Below, in pieces: positions 38,905 through 48,976 of a stretch of DNA of 64,000 nt. The notes beneath the pieces were generated by a model, which had not been told where the DNA came from, did not search any database, and saw only the letters and a program-made list of their open reading frames with translations. Within the stretch, counting starts at the first letter, position 1; the number at the start of each line of letters is the position of its first letter. The position numbers and the translations under genes are program-made. Source of the DNA: Patescibacteria group bacterium (GTDB taxonomy: Bacteria; Patescibacteriota; Patescibacteriia; PEXW01); assembly GCA_041671325.1 (NCBI GenBank), contig JBAZBR010000002.1, positions 73,978-137,977 on the forward strand, written 5' to 3'.

Positions 38905-40200
38905 ATGACAGTTAAAATTTCCGAGATTGCCAAATATGTCGGTAAGGAGGTAACCATCCAAGGCTGGATTGCTAATCTTCGCTCATCAGGCAAGATTGTT
39001 TTTTTGCAATTGCGAGATGGCTCTACTGGGATTTTGCAAACCGTAATTGCTGCAGATTCAATCAGCCAAACTGATTTTGAAGCAGCTAAAGCCTTGACAA
39101 CAGAATCCTCGGTTGAAGTCAACGGAAAAGTTATTGCTGAACCGCGTTCGTCAGGTGGATTTGAAATGCAGGCTAAAGCCATTAAAATAATCCAAAAATC
39201 AGAAGAATACCCAATTGGTAAAAAAGAACACGGGCCGGAATTTTTACTAGACAATCGGCATTTGTGGCTGCGAGCCCAAAGGCAAGTAGCCATTTTGCGG
39301 GTTCGGGATTCAATCATCTGGGCTTTGCGGGAGTTTTTCCGCCAGGAAGGCTTTGTCATGACTGATACGCCAATTTTAACCCCAACCTCTTGCGAAGGCA
39401 CTACCACTTTGTTTGGAACTGAATATTTTGGTGAAAAAGCCTACCTTTCCCAATCTGGCCAATTGTATTTAGAGGCCTTATGTATGGCTCTGGGCAAGGT
39501 TTATGATTTTGGCCCGACTTTTCGGGCGGAAAAATCCAAGACCCGCCGGCATTTGACTGAATTCTGGATGCTGGATGCGGAAATGGCTTATATGGATTTA
39601 AATCAAAGCATTGATCTGCAAGAACGCATGGTGGTTTATGTCATTAAAAAAGTTTTACTTGAAAGGAAAAAGGAACTGGAAATTTTGGAAAGGGACACTA
39701 AGCCATTGGAAAAAGTTGCTGAAGGCGGGTTTATTAAAATGACTTATGATGAAACTTTGGTTGAATTGAAAAAACTTGGTTCAGACATCAAATGGGGGAC
39801 AGATTTGGGCAATGACGATGAAACCATTTTGACCCAAGCTCATGACAAGCCTATTTTTGTCACCAATTATCCGCTGGAGATAAAAGCTTTTTACATGAAA
39901 CCGGATCCCAAAAATCCCAAAACCGCCTTGTGTGCTGACATGCTGGCGCCCGAAGGCTATGGGGAAGTTATCGGCGGCTCGCAGAGAATTGACGATTTGA
40001 AATTGCTGGAGCAAAGGTTGAAGGAGCACAAACTGCCAAAAAAGGATTTTGAGTGGTATTTAGATTTGCGCAGATATGGCTCAGTGCCGCATTCGGGTTT
40101 TGGCATTGGCTTGGAGCGGACTGTGACCTGGCTTTGCGGATTGAAACATGTTCGTGAGGCGATTCCTTTTCCCAGACTGATAAACCGGTTAACGCCTTAA
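38905..40200 (+). CDS. asnS: Asparaginyl-tRNA synthetase
   Basis: Class IIb; FRAEKSKTRRHLTEFWMLDAEMAY matches the AsnRS motif 2 region. Confidence 0.85.
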   Translation: MTVKISEIAKYVGKEVTIQGWIANLRSSGKIVFLQLRDGSTGILQTVIAADSISQTDFEAAKALTTESSVEVNGKVIAEPRSSGGFEMQAKAIKIIQKSEEYPIGKKEHGPEFLLDNRHLWLRAQRQVAILRVRDSIIWALREFFRQEGFVMTDTPILTPTSCEGTTTLFGTEYFGEKAYLSQSGQLYLEALCMALGKVYDFGPTFRAEKSKTRRHLTEFWMLDAEMAYMDLNQSIDLQERMVVYVIKKVLLERKKELEILERDTKPLEKVAEGGFIKMTYDETLVELKKLGSDIKWGTDLGNDDETILTQAHDKPIFVTNYPLEIKAFYMKPDPKNPKTALCADMLAPEGYGEVIGGSQRIDDLKLLEQRLKEHKLPKKDFEWYLDLRRYGSVPHSGFGIGLERTVTWLCGLKHVREAIPFPRLINRLTP

Positions 40201-40202
40201 AT

Positions 40203-40634
40203 ATGTCAAAAAAGAAAATAATTTTTTTAGTTATCATCTCATTGATACTTATTGGAATTATATTAATTTGGTTCTTTATAATAAATAATAGAAATTTAAA
40301 TAATAAAACTTCTTCTTGCCCTCATAATTTTGGTTGGAGCAATAGTCCATGTACCTATATTCATGTTTTACCAAAACAGGAAGTTATTGATTCAATAAAT
40401 AGTTGTCAGGTTTATTATTTTGATTCTGATATTGGTATTATTTTCACCGCGAATAATGGTTGTAAAAAGGGAAGTAAGTTTTTAAATGCGGATTCGGGTG
40501 TTACTTATTTTAACGCATACGGCCAATACATTACTGAATGTAATGCTTTTGCAGAAGGTCCTTTTCCTAGCGATAAATGCACTTGGTTAGAGAAGTTAAC
40601 AGGAAAAACCCTTAGCACAAAAGTAGGCGAATAA
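40203..40634 (+). CDS. Membrane-anchored Cys-rich small protein
   Basis: N-terminal TM then Cys-rich 100-aa domain. Confidence 0.6.
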   Translation: MSKKKIIFLVIISLILIGIILIWFFIINNRNLNNKTSSCPHNFGWSNSPCTYIHVLPKQEVIDSINSCQVYYFDSDIGIIFTANNGCKKGSKFLNADSGVTYFNAYGQYITECNAFAEGPFPSDKCTWLEKLTGKTLSTKVGE

Positions 40635-40653
40635 AAATTAATTTTTTAAACAC

Positions 40654-42060
40654 ATGAAAAATCCCAAAGGTTTTCTCCCCATCGCCGCAATTATTATTAT
40701 CATAGTGGTTGCTGCCCTCGCCGCAGGCGGTTCGTATTATTACACCAAGACCCTGAATAAAAACACCAATTCCGTATTAAATACCAACATTGCAGTTGTG
40801 GATGAAAATACTAATGCAGTCGTTAACACAAATACAACAGTTGTAAATGGGAATACAAACGTAACCGTAAATTCAAACGGCAATTTGAATACCAATACTG
40901 TGGTCTTAAATACCAATACCGCCGTGAATTTAAATACCAATACGAGTACCATCAAATATCCTGGGCAAGAATGGCCAGGGTTGACTGATAACTCGGTTTT
41001 ATATCAAAAATACTCGAGCACAGCATCTGACGAGAAGGTCTATACTGTCCAACCTGGGCAGCAACCCAGCGTATATTTTACAATTCCAACGGGTTATTCA
41101 TTGGTTTCAAATGAGAGCGGCCGGCTTATTTGGTTGGAGAAAGATAATTATTTATATATTTATGATATTCAAAAAGGGAGCACCAGAAAAACTTCTTTGC
41201 CCGCTTTAATCGCTGGTGAGGTGCGTTTTGAATCTGCAAGACCCACTGTTTACTCAACAGATGGCGTAGAGGTGATTATTCAGTACAGTCTCTTTGATAA
41301 GAATTCCGCCGCATATAATAGTGAATTTGCGGGGCCTAATCCAATTTCCACTAAACGTTACCGTTATAATATTACTACCAACACCTATACCCCTGGAGAA
41401 AACATGAGCGGGATATTTTATTCTTTATGGGATCGTAAATTAAATATTGGCTATAACCATTTAGCCGGTGAAGGGGTTGGTTCCAAGGCCCCTATCGAAA
41501 AGACTTTCTTTGATACCGGAAACACGGAAGACTCTGCGGATTATGGGAATAATTCTACTCCTGCTTTTTCACAAGATGGAAAGTGGGTTGCCGTACCTGA
41601 ACCATCTAAGGCGCCACTGAAAATATATATATTTTCTCTCCCAGATATAAAAAATCCGGTTAAAACCCTCACCTTACCTACCGTGAAAGATACGCCGCCA
41701 GTCACAAATACCTTAGGGTATATTTACGACTTCGAATGGACAACGGATGATCAAAATTTAATCCTTTCATTTAACCACTCTATTTTCGTAATCAATGTGC
41801 AAACAGAAAAAGCCACAAAGGTTTTCGATAATACCCAAAATGATTCAAGTTATACTGGATGGAGTTATTATCCAGAGATATCCGGATCAAATAGGTATAT
41901 TTATTTTGTTGATTACAGCAATTCTAATCCAGCAACCCTCAAACCAGAAAATAACATCGATGAATTAAAGGCGTATGACATCACAACCGGGAAAACTACA
42001 ATTCTATTAAAAACAACTGGAGAAACAAATATTCAATTAATAGGATTTGATAATTTCTAG
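40654..42060 (+). CDS. Paralog 1 of membrane-anchored surface protein family (conserved N-terminal TM + N/T-rich linker, divergent C-terminus)
   Basis: MKNPKGFLPIAAIIIIIVVAALAAGGSYYYTK + NTN repeats shared with 42097 and 43392 genes. Confidence 0.75.
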   Translation: MKNPKGFLPIAAIIIIIVVAALAAGGSYYYTKTLNKNTNSVLNTNIAVVDENTNAVVNTNTTVVNGNTNVTVNSNGNLNTNTVVLNTNTAVNLNTNTSTIKYPGQEWPGLTDNSVLYQKYSSTASDEKVYTVQPGQQPSVYFTIPTGYSLVSNESGRLIWLEKDNYLYIYDIQKGSTRKTSLPALIAGEVRFESARPTVYSTDGVEVIIQYSLFDKNSAAYNSEFAGPNPISTKRYRYNITTNTYTPGENMSGIFYSLWDRKLNIGYNHLAGEGVGSKAPIEKTFFDTGNTEDSADYGNNSTPAFSQDGKWVAVPEPSKAPLKIYIFSLPDIKNPVKTLTLPTVKDTPPVTNTLGYIYDFEWTTDDQNLILSFNHSIFVINVQTEKATKVFDNTQNDSSYTGWSYYPEISGSNRYIYFVDYSNSNPATLKPENNIDELKAYDITTGKTTILLKTTGETNIQLIGFDNF

Positions 42061-42096
42061 TAAAATTTTATTAAGCAAATTTTTAAAATTATAATT

Positions 42097-43287
42097 ATGA
42101 AAAATCCCACAGGTTTTCTCCCCATCGCCGCTATTATAATAATCGTAGTAGTTGCCGCTGTTGTGGCAGGCGGTTCGTATTATTACACCAAATCCTTAAA
42201 TAAAAACACGAATACGGTTGTAAATACAAATGTTGCGATGGTGAATGAAAATACTAATGCGGTTGTTAATACAAACACAACAGTTGTAAATGGGAATACA
42301 AACGTAACCGTAAATTCAAACGGCAATTTGAATACCAATACAGTAATCGTTAACTCAAATACAAATACCGTGGTTAATTCAAATACTAATTCTGATGCAA
42401 CCGCTGGGTGGAAGACGTATACAAATGCAAAACAGGGTTACTCCGTGAAGTATCCAAGTAATTGGGTTACGCAGGTTCAAAACACAAATGGTGGTGAGGT
42501 AGCAAATGGCAATATAACAACCTTTTGGAGTAAGCCAAACTACAAAGATCTTATACCAGAAGGTACTGAGTGGGTACCAACAGATACACTTTATTATTTT
42601 CGTGTCCATTACCAAGACGAAAGTAGTGCAGCAAATGCGGTAGATCCGAACACCAAGAAACTCTCTAGTGAAGCAATAACCGTTGGTGGGATCTCTGGTT
42701 TAAAAGAGGCATATCAGGGTGCGTATGGAAAATGGACGGTTGTTTATGTAACCAAAAATGGCATAAAGTATGGTTTATATTTACCAGACAAAACCGCCGA
42801 ACAACAAGCACATGCATCAACCATCCTTTCCACCTTCACCTTCCTCGACCAAACCGTCGGGTGGAAGACGTATACGAATACAGAATATGGTTTTTCATTT
42901 AAGTACCCTGCTTCTTGGAAAGAGACAGATTACACCGCTTCGGCTGATTCTCCACTGAACAGCGATGGTGTGAAATTTGAGGATTCAGCTGGGAAAGCTG
43001 GTTCGTTTTACTGGATGCAGGGCGGATATGTACCAACCCAAGACGGTCAGTGGGATTCGACGACAACATCATTGACGGTTGGTGGTCGAACAGCTTCACA
43101 AGTCAGAATGACACCTAAAGCCGGTCAACAGTGGGCAGGTGGAGAACCAAAGCCTCGTGCGGTGGTGAGTCTAACTAGTAATCCGACAACTTGGGGGAGT
43201 AATGCAAGTATGGGTTTAGTGCAAGGCTCTGAAAAGTCTTGGGTAACAGTAGATACTATTTTGTCCACCTTCACTTTTACGAAATAA
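42097..43287 (+). CDS. Paralog 2; C-terminal region has two WKTYTN-x-YGFS-x-KYP-x-W repeats
   Basis: N-terminal ~88 aa near-identical to paralogs; ILSTFTF C-terminal motif. Confidence 0.75.
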   Translation: MKNPTGFLPIAAIIIIVVVAAVVAGGSYYYTKSLNKNTNTVVNTNVAMVNENTNAVVNTNTTVVNGNTNVTVNSNGNLNTNTVIVNSNTNTVVNSNTNSDATAGWKTYTNAKQGYSVKYPSNWVTQVQNTNGGEVANGNITTFWSKPNYKDLIPEGTEWVPTDTLYYFRVHYQDESSAANAVDPNTKKLSSEAITVGGISGLKEAYQGAYGKWTVVYVTKNGIKYGLYLPDKTAEQQAHASTILSTFTFLDQTVGWKTYTNTEYGFSFKYPASWKETDYTASADSPLNSDGVKFEDSAGKAGSFYWMQGGYVPTQDGQWDSTTTSLTVGGRTASQVRMTPKAGQQWAGGEPKPRAVVSLTSNPTTWGSNASMGLVQGSEKSWVTVDTILSTFTFTK

Positions 43288-43294
43288 ATTTTTA

Positions 43295-43351
43295 ATGAGC
43301 CGTATTTTAGTCAAAGACGCAACAAAAAGAATTAACGAACCAATCTTGTAA
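43295..43351 (+). pseudogene. Duplicated remnant of the aspS 5' end (MSRILVKDATKRINEPIL*)
   Basis: ~75% nt identity to aspS start (44487: MKRILVKDTVNKINEPVLL). Confidence 0.6.
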
Positions 43352-43391
43352 ATTGGATGACAAAATTTTAGTTAAATTAATATTAAAGAAT

Positions 43392-44477
43392 ATGAAAAAC
43401 CCCAAAGGTTTTCTCCCCATCGCCGCAATTATTATAATCATAGTGGTTGCTGCCCTCGCCGCAGGCGGTTCTTACTATTACACAAAGACCCTGAATAAAA
43501 ACACTAATACCGTGTTAAATACCAATATTGCGGTGGTGAATGAAAATACTAATGCGGTTGTTAATACAAATACAACAGTTGTAAATGGAAATACAAACGT
43601 AACCATGAATTCAAACGGCAATTTGAATACCAATACTGTGGTCGTCAACTCAAACACTAATGTCGTGGTTAATTCAAATACAAATTCTGATGTAACCGCT
43701 GGGTGGAAGACATATACAAGCACAAAATATGGTTTTTCTCTGAAATATCCTCTAACCATGCGTGTTTTAGAGGTAAACGAAACGAGTGGAATAATCCTTA
43801 GGGTAGGTGTTGAGGGGTCGGCAAATGGGGATAATGTTTTGGTTTATAATAAAAGTTCAAATGCTGGAATTCCTTATAGCACAGTTAAATCAGAAAGTGG
43901 TAAGTCTTTCGTTATTTCTCATGTTGGCGTTGAGGCCGATCAAATTCTTTCCACCTTTGTTTTCCTCGATCAAACCGCTGGGTGGAAGACGTATACAAAT
44001 TCTGAATATGGTTGGACTATGAAATATCCGAATGATTGGACGGTCAATAATTCTTATCAGACAACAGATCCGAATGACATTTTTGAAACCCCGATTCGCA
44101 CAACGACTTTCACAAATCCCAACAAGTATTACAGGTTGCTTGTCGGGATAAAAAAGAAAACCGATTCCGGTAGTATTGTCCCACGGACTGGGATTGGAGC
44201 GGGAGAATTTATAAAAGGCGATACAGTTTTAATTGGTAGCACTTCAATGACTTTATGGAATTTAAATTATAATAATTTGACTTCTGAGATTTTTAATTAC
44301 AATCCAAGTACAAATTCCAATTTTGAAATTAGCAATTTTCAATTTATTGCATATTTCGATTGTGGTACAGCAGCAACCATAGAAACAATAAAGCGTTGCG
44401 ATCAAACAAATTTATCAGTAATACCAGAATATAAAACTTTTAAACTTATTCTTGGTTCATTAGTATTGCCTAATTAA
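43392..44477 (+). CDS. Paralog 3; two WKTYT-x-YG-x-KYP repeats
   Basis: Start at MKNPKGF (the track ORF begins 39 nt upstream). Confidence 0.75.
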   Translation: MKNPKGFLPIAAIIIIIVVAALAAGGSYYYTKTLNKNTNTVLNTNIAVVNENTNAVVNTNTTVVNGNTNVTMNSNGNLNTNTVVVNSNTNVVVNSNTNSDVTAGWKTYTSTKYGFSLKYPLTMRVLEVNETSGIILRVGVEGSANGDNVLVYNKSSNAGIPYSTVKSESGKSFVISHVGVEADQILSTFVFLDQTAGWKTYTNSEYGWTMKYPNDWTVNNSYQTTDPNDIFETPIRTTTFTNPNKYYRLLVGIKKKTDSGSIVPRTGIGAGEFIKGDTVLIGSTSMTLWNLNYNNLTSEIFNYNPSTNSNFEISNFQFIAYFDCGTAATIETIKRCDQTNLSVIPEYKTFKLILGSLVLPN

Positions 44478-44486
44478 AAACGTTAA

Positions 44487-45878
44487 ATGAAACGAATTCT
44501 CGTAAAAGACACCGTCAATAAAATCAATGAACCAGTCTTGTTAAAAGGCTGGGTGCATAATCATCGGCGTTTGGGCAAGATGGTCTTTGTGGATTTGCGG
44601 GATCGTTCTGGGATTATCCAAGTTTTGTTTATGGATAAAATGGTGGAAAAGGCCAATCAGATTCGGCCAGAGTGGGTGGTAGAAATTACAGGAAAGGTGG
44701 TGGAACGTGGTGGCAAGAATAAAAATCAAAGCTCGCCCACCGGGGGAGTGGAAATCCATGCCACGGATTTGAAAGTCTTATCAGAAGCCTTAACCCCGCC
44801 ATTCCCCGTAAATGATGAAACCAAAGCCCAGGAGACTTCTGAAGATCTGCGCATGAAATATCGTTATGTGGATTTACGCCGACCCAGCATGCGGCAAAAT
44901 TTAGTCTTGCGGGCGAAGGTTAACTATTTCATCAGGAATTTTTTGACGAGCGAGGATTTTTTGGAAATCGAAACTCCTTTCTTGACCAAGGGTACGCCTG
45001 AAGGCGCCAGGGAATATATTGTACCAGCCAGGAATTTTCCAGGTAAATTTTATGTCTTGCCACAAAGCCCGCAACAGTTCAAACAATTATTGATGGTATC
45101 TGGCATTGAAAAATACTTCCAATTGGCCAAATGCTTCCGGGATGAAGACCAAAGAGCTGACCGCCAGCCGGAATTCACCCAGTTGGATTTGGAAATAAGT
45201 TTTACGGATCGGGAAGAAGTTTTGGCTTTAATTGAGAAAATGATCATTAATTTAGTCAAAGAAGTTTGTCCAGAAAAACATATTACCCAAACCCCTTTCC
45301 CCAGGATCACCTATAAAGAGGCCATGGAAAAATATAAAAGCGATAAGCCGGATATTCGAAAAGACAAAAACGAAAAAAATGAATTAGGCTTTGCTTTTAT
45401 TATTGATTTTCCCTTGTTCGAATATTCAGAAGCTGAAAAAAAATTAGTCCCTAGCCATCATCTTTTCACTTCACCTCAAGACCCTGAAGCTTTTTTAAAG
45501 GGCGAGGTTAAACCCGAAAATGCAATATCAAAGCAATATGATCTGGCTTTGAATGGTTTTGAAGTGGCTGGGGGCAGTATTCGGATCCATGATTGGAAAT
45601 TACAGGAAAAGATTTTTGAAATCTTGAAAATCGGCAAGGAAGAAGCGGAAAAACGGTTTGGCCACATGCAAAAAGCCTTCAGTTATGGCGTTCCTCCGCA
45701 TGGCGGCATTGCCATGGGTATGGATAGGTTAGTTGCCATTTTGGCCGGGGAAAGCAATATCCGCGAAATCATGGCTTTTCCCAAAACTAATGACGCCAAA
45801 GATCTGATGATGGAAGCGCCTACCGAATTGCCTAAAAAACAACTGGATGAGGCGCATATCCAGATTAAAAAGAAATAA
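44487..45878 (+). CDS. aspS: Aspartyl-tRNA synthetase (short form lacking GAD insertion)
   Basis: CFRDEDQRADRQPEFTQLDLEISF motif 2; GGSIRIH; 463 aa. Confidence 0.88.
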   Translation: MKRILVKDTVNKINEPVLLKGWVHNHRRLGKMVFVDLRDRSGIIQVLFMDKMVEKANQIRPEWVVEITGKVVERGGKNKNQSSPTGGVEIHATDLKVLSEALTPPFPVNDETKAQETSEDLRMKYRYVDLRRPSMRQNLVLRAKVNYFIRNFLTSEDFLEIETPFLTKGTPEGAREYIVPARNFPGKFYVLPQSPQQFKQLLMVSGIEKYFQLAKCFRDEDQRADRQPEFTQLDLEISFTDREEVLALIEKMIINLVKEVCPEKHITQTPFPRITYKEAMEKYKSDKPDIRKDKNEKNELGFAFIIDFPLFEYSEAEKKLVPSHHLFTSPQDPEAFLKGEVKPENAISKQYDLALNGFEVAGGSIRIHDWKLQEKIFEILKIGKEEAEKRFGHMQKAFSYGVPPHGGIAMGMDRLVAILAGESNIREIMAFPKTNDAKDLMMEAPTELPKKQLDEAHIQIKKK

Positions 45879-45879
45879 G

Positions 45880-46170
45880 ATGCTTTCCCCTTTGCAAAAA
45901 TTCATAATTAAAGAATGCCAAGGCGTGAAAGTCACCAAAAGAGTTTTATTTAAGAAGTTTTATACCAAATCCGCCAAAGTTCCCAATGCCGACGACCAGC
46001 AAAATGCTATTACTAAATCCTTGGAGCGGATTATTGATAAGGGTTTGATGATCGGTTATGGCCGAAGGACCCCGAAAAAATGGTATATTGAAGGGGTAAA
46101 ACTCACGCCCAAAGGCAGGAAAATTGTTAAAACCTTGCTTGGCAAACAGCAAAAATTCCCTTTTAAATAA
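45880..46170 (+). CDS. Small basic hypothetical protein (96 aa)
   Basis: ATG 2 nt after aspS stop; Lys/Arg-rich. Confidence 0.5.
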   Translation: MLSPLQKFIIKECQGVKVTKRVLFKKFYTKSAKVPNADDQQNAITKSLERIIDKGLMIGYGRRTPKKWYIEGVKLTPKGRKIVKTLLGKQQKFPFK

Positions 46171-46193
46171 TTAATTATTTTTTATTAAACCCT

Positions 46194-48074
46194 ATGTTAA
46201 AAAAACCGTTTAAAGCAATTGTCGCCCTTTTTTCGGTTTTGGTTTTGGTATTGCCCATGGTGACTAAAGCCGATGGCATGATGGTAGTCCCGCCAAATTA
46301 CTGGATGCGGGAAGACACCCAAAAAGCCGTGGTTTTTTATGATAAAGGTGTTGAGTCTTTGATCCTTTCCATAACCTTCCAGGGCAATGCCAATGACTTT
46401 GGTTGGATTGTACCAACCCCAACCAAGCCAACGGTAACCAAAGGTTCGGATGAAATATTTACCAATTTACAAAAATTAACCAGCACACGTTCAGATTATC
46501 CTGTGTCTGCTTTTGATTTAGGCTTTAGTGGCAGTGAAAAACAAACCAGCGGCGTATCGGTTATTGAAACCAAACAAGTTGATTATTATGATGTGACAAT
46601 TTTAACCGCTACAGATAAAGACGCCTTAACCAAATGGTTTGCGGATAACAAGTATAATTACCCGGAATCTGCCTCTTATATTTTAAACACTTATATCCAG
46701 AATAACTGGTATTTTGTGGCCATGAAGATCAATCCGCAGAGTTTGGAATGGAGCAATGTTACCAGCAGTTTACGGACTGGCCATGCCACGCCCGTGGTCA
46801 TGCAGTTTGCCACTGAAAATATAGTTTATCCTTTAAAAATTTCCACGGTTGTCAGCCAGGCGAATACCAATACTAATGCAAACGCCAACAGCAACACTAA
46901 TACCCCGGTAATTGTTTATGATGCCTCAAATTTCACTTTTGGGCCTGGGAAATTTGGCAAGGCTATAAATATTTCAGGCAGTAAGAATTTATCATATACT
47001 GCTGGAACTGAATTTCCTTATAATAGCGGGACGATTGAAGCCCAAATCAATATCCAGCCCTGGGAAAGCGGAGGTTACCGAAATATTTTGTCAGTCGGGG
47101 ATAGCAAGGGTTCAAATGTTTTTCAATTACGTTTGGCTAAAGCCTATTCTTCTGATACTACAGCAAATCCAGAAGAAACCATTCAGTTTGTTTGGTATAA
47201 AAGTACTGGAAGTAGCTTGATTTGGCGGACTACAGCGTCAACCCCTGTTACGCCAAACACTTGGCATCATGTGGCGGTCACCTGGACAAGCGGCCAAAAA
47301 CCCCAGATTTATTTAGATGGGGTGGCTATGGCAACTAGCGCTGCTTATAATGCAACCACCTGGTTAGGGCAAAGCATCAGCAATGGTTCATTCCAGGTAA
47401 TTGGCAGCCGTTTGGGCAAGTATGAATATTTAAACGGTTATCTAGATGAATACATAGTCCGAAACCAAGCGATAACCGCTACTGAAATTGCAGAAGATGC
47501 CAAGACAGTTATGCCGACTAACCCGACAGTCTCGGCGAAATATGACTCTAACGTGGTCTATTACGCGAATTTTGATGACAATATCAAACTGGAAGATGCC
47601 GCTGGTGTTGAATACAGCCAAAAAGCCGTAGTTATCGTCCAACCAAAGACAATCACCCTTCCTGATTATTATTCAAAATCCCAATACATAACCCTTTATG
47701 TGATTGCTAATGAGCGCAAGGATGCTACGGGTTTTTCCACGACTTATGCCAATTGGTTCAGCAAAAAATCTTTAGAAGATTTAGCTTTTTCTTCAACAGG
47801 TTCGCCCTTACTGGCCGTGAGTGGTAAAAAAATGTTTGTGACAGTCATGAACCGGACAATATCCTCTGGTCAGAACTTGGATGATGTTTTTTTCCGGACG
47901 GCCAGTAGCCAAAGCCTTTTGGGTACTGCTCCAGATTATACGGAAAATGGGACTTTAGCTTTTTGGATATTTTTGGGTGCGGTTTCATTAATTTCAATTG
48001 TTTTAATCTTAATTTTGATTTTGTGGAACCGTCGAACCGTAGCGCCACCAACCAGCCCCCTACCAAAGCTTTAA
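46194..48074 (+). CDS. Secreted/membrane-anchored protein: DUF2330-like N-terminal domain with embedded LamG/concanavalin-like domain, C-terminal TM
   Basis: Signal peptide; VVPP...DFGWIVPTP (DUF2330 signature); WHHVAVTW...IYLDGV (LamG-like); C-terminal hydrophobic helix. Confidence 0.65.
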   Translation: MLKKPFKAIVALFSVLVLVLPMVTKADGMMVVPPNYWMREDTQKAVVFYDKGVESLILSITFQGNANDFGWIVPTPTKPTVTKGSDEIFTNLQKLTSTRSDYPVSAFDLGFSGSEKQTSGVSVIETKQVDYYDVTILTATDKDALTKWFADNKYNYPESASYILNTYIQNNWYFVAMKINPQSLEWSNVTSSLRTGHATPVVMQFATENIVYPLKISTVVSQANTNTNANANSNTNTPVIVYDASNFTFGPGKFGKAINISGSKNLSYTAGTEFPYNSGTIEAQINIQPWESGGYRNILSVGDSKGSNVFQLRLAKAYSSDTTANPEETIQFVWYKSTGSSLIWRTTASTPVTPNTWHHVAVTWTSGQKPQIYLDGVAMATSAAYNATTWLGQSISNGSFQVIGSRLGKYEYLNGYLDEYIVRNQAITATEIAEDAKTVMPTNPTVSAKYDSNVVYYANFDDNIKLEDAAGVEYSQKAVVIVQPKTITLPDYYSKSQYITLYVIANERKDATGFSTTYANWFSKKSLEDLAFSSTGSPLLAVSGKKMFVTVMNRTISSGQNLDDVFFRTASSQSLLGTAPDYTENGTLAFWIFLGAVSLISIVLILILILWNRRTVAPPTSPLPKL

Positions 48075-48097
48075 ATTTATTTATTTAATTTAAAAAT

Positions 48098-48625
48098 ATG
48101 GACAATATAAATATTTTGCCCACCACCCCAGCACCAATGCCGCCAAAGAAAAAGTCTGTGCATAGCCCGCTTTCAATTTTGTTCATGATTATCTTGACTG
48201 GTGTTTTGATAATCTTGGTGGAAAAAGTCATGCACGATGTGAATCGTTCATTTAACCCGTATTCCGCTTATTCAGTCAGCAAGACTTCTACGACTTACCG
48301 GGCTTATTCCCAGGACAAATACGAAGCTGGCCGGCTATTGATCCATACGGGCATAACCTTGCCAATCCTTTTGGGCGCTTTATTATTTTACCTTTTGCAT
48401 GAAAGAAAATCCGGCAGTGGCGCACATGTGGTTTCCTGGTCTTTTTTTGCCACAGCCTTTTGGCTTTGCATCCGGCTTTTAGGTGAAATGTTCTATTTCC
48501 TAATCAGAAAATACGAAAGCTTGGGAGTTTACGTGGTTTTAATTGTCTTGGCGGCCGTCTTAATCTGGTTGGTAGTGGCCTTGCAAAAGCGTTATGCCCA
48601 CCAAAGGGAGATGCACTTGAATTAA
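48098..48625 (+). CDS. Hypothetical 4-TM membrane protein
   Basis: Hydrophobicity. Confidence 0.6.
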   Translation: MDNINILPTTPAPMPPKKKSVHSPLSILFMIILTGVLIILVEKVMHDVNRSFNPYSAYSVSKTSTTYRAYSQDKYEAGRLLIHTGITLPILLGALLFYLLHERKSGSGAHVVSWSFFATAFWLCIRLLGEMFYFLIRKYESLGVYVVLIVLAAVLIWLVVALQKRYAHQREMHLN

Positions 48626-48626
48626 T

Positions 48627-48974
48627 ATGTACACTGTTCAAAGAGTTTATATTTGGAATTGGGCCAAACTTTGCGCCTTGTTTAATATTATTGGCATCTT
48701 AATATACGCCGTGATATTTGTATTTATTGGATTTTTGGGAGGTAATTTTGACTTAGCAGTATTTGGGCACGGTTCTTTAAGCGGATTTGGAGTCATATTA
48801 GCCATGGTTCTGCTTATTGGAATATTGTCGGGTTTGGGTTTTGGCGCTTTAATTGCCGCCATCTACAACGGGCTTTCTAAAGTTTTTGGCCCTATTGAGG
48901 TTGAAATTAGTTTTGAGCCGGAAAACATTCCAGAAGCGGCGCCTGAAGTTAATTCACAAATCCAACAAACTTAA
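48627..48974 (+). CDS. Small membrane protein with YNxLSxxFGxI motif
   Basis: ALIAAIYNGLSKVFGPIEVEI. Confidence 0.6.
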   Translation: MYTVQRVYIWNWAKLCALFNIIGILIYAVIFVFIGFLGGNFDLAVFGHGSLSGFGVILAMVLLIGILSGLGFGALIAAIYNGLSKVFGPIEVEISFEPENIPEAAPEVNSQIQQT

Positions 48975-48976
48975 AT

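Noticed and set aside
40740-40955. Short periodic repeats (AATACnAAn..) that could resemble a CRISPR array
   Set aside because: They lie inside coding sequence and encode the Asn/Thr-rich NTN linker of the paralog proteins. There are no regular spacer/repeat units and no cas genes in the window.
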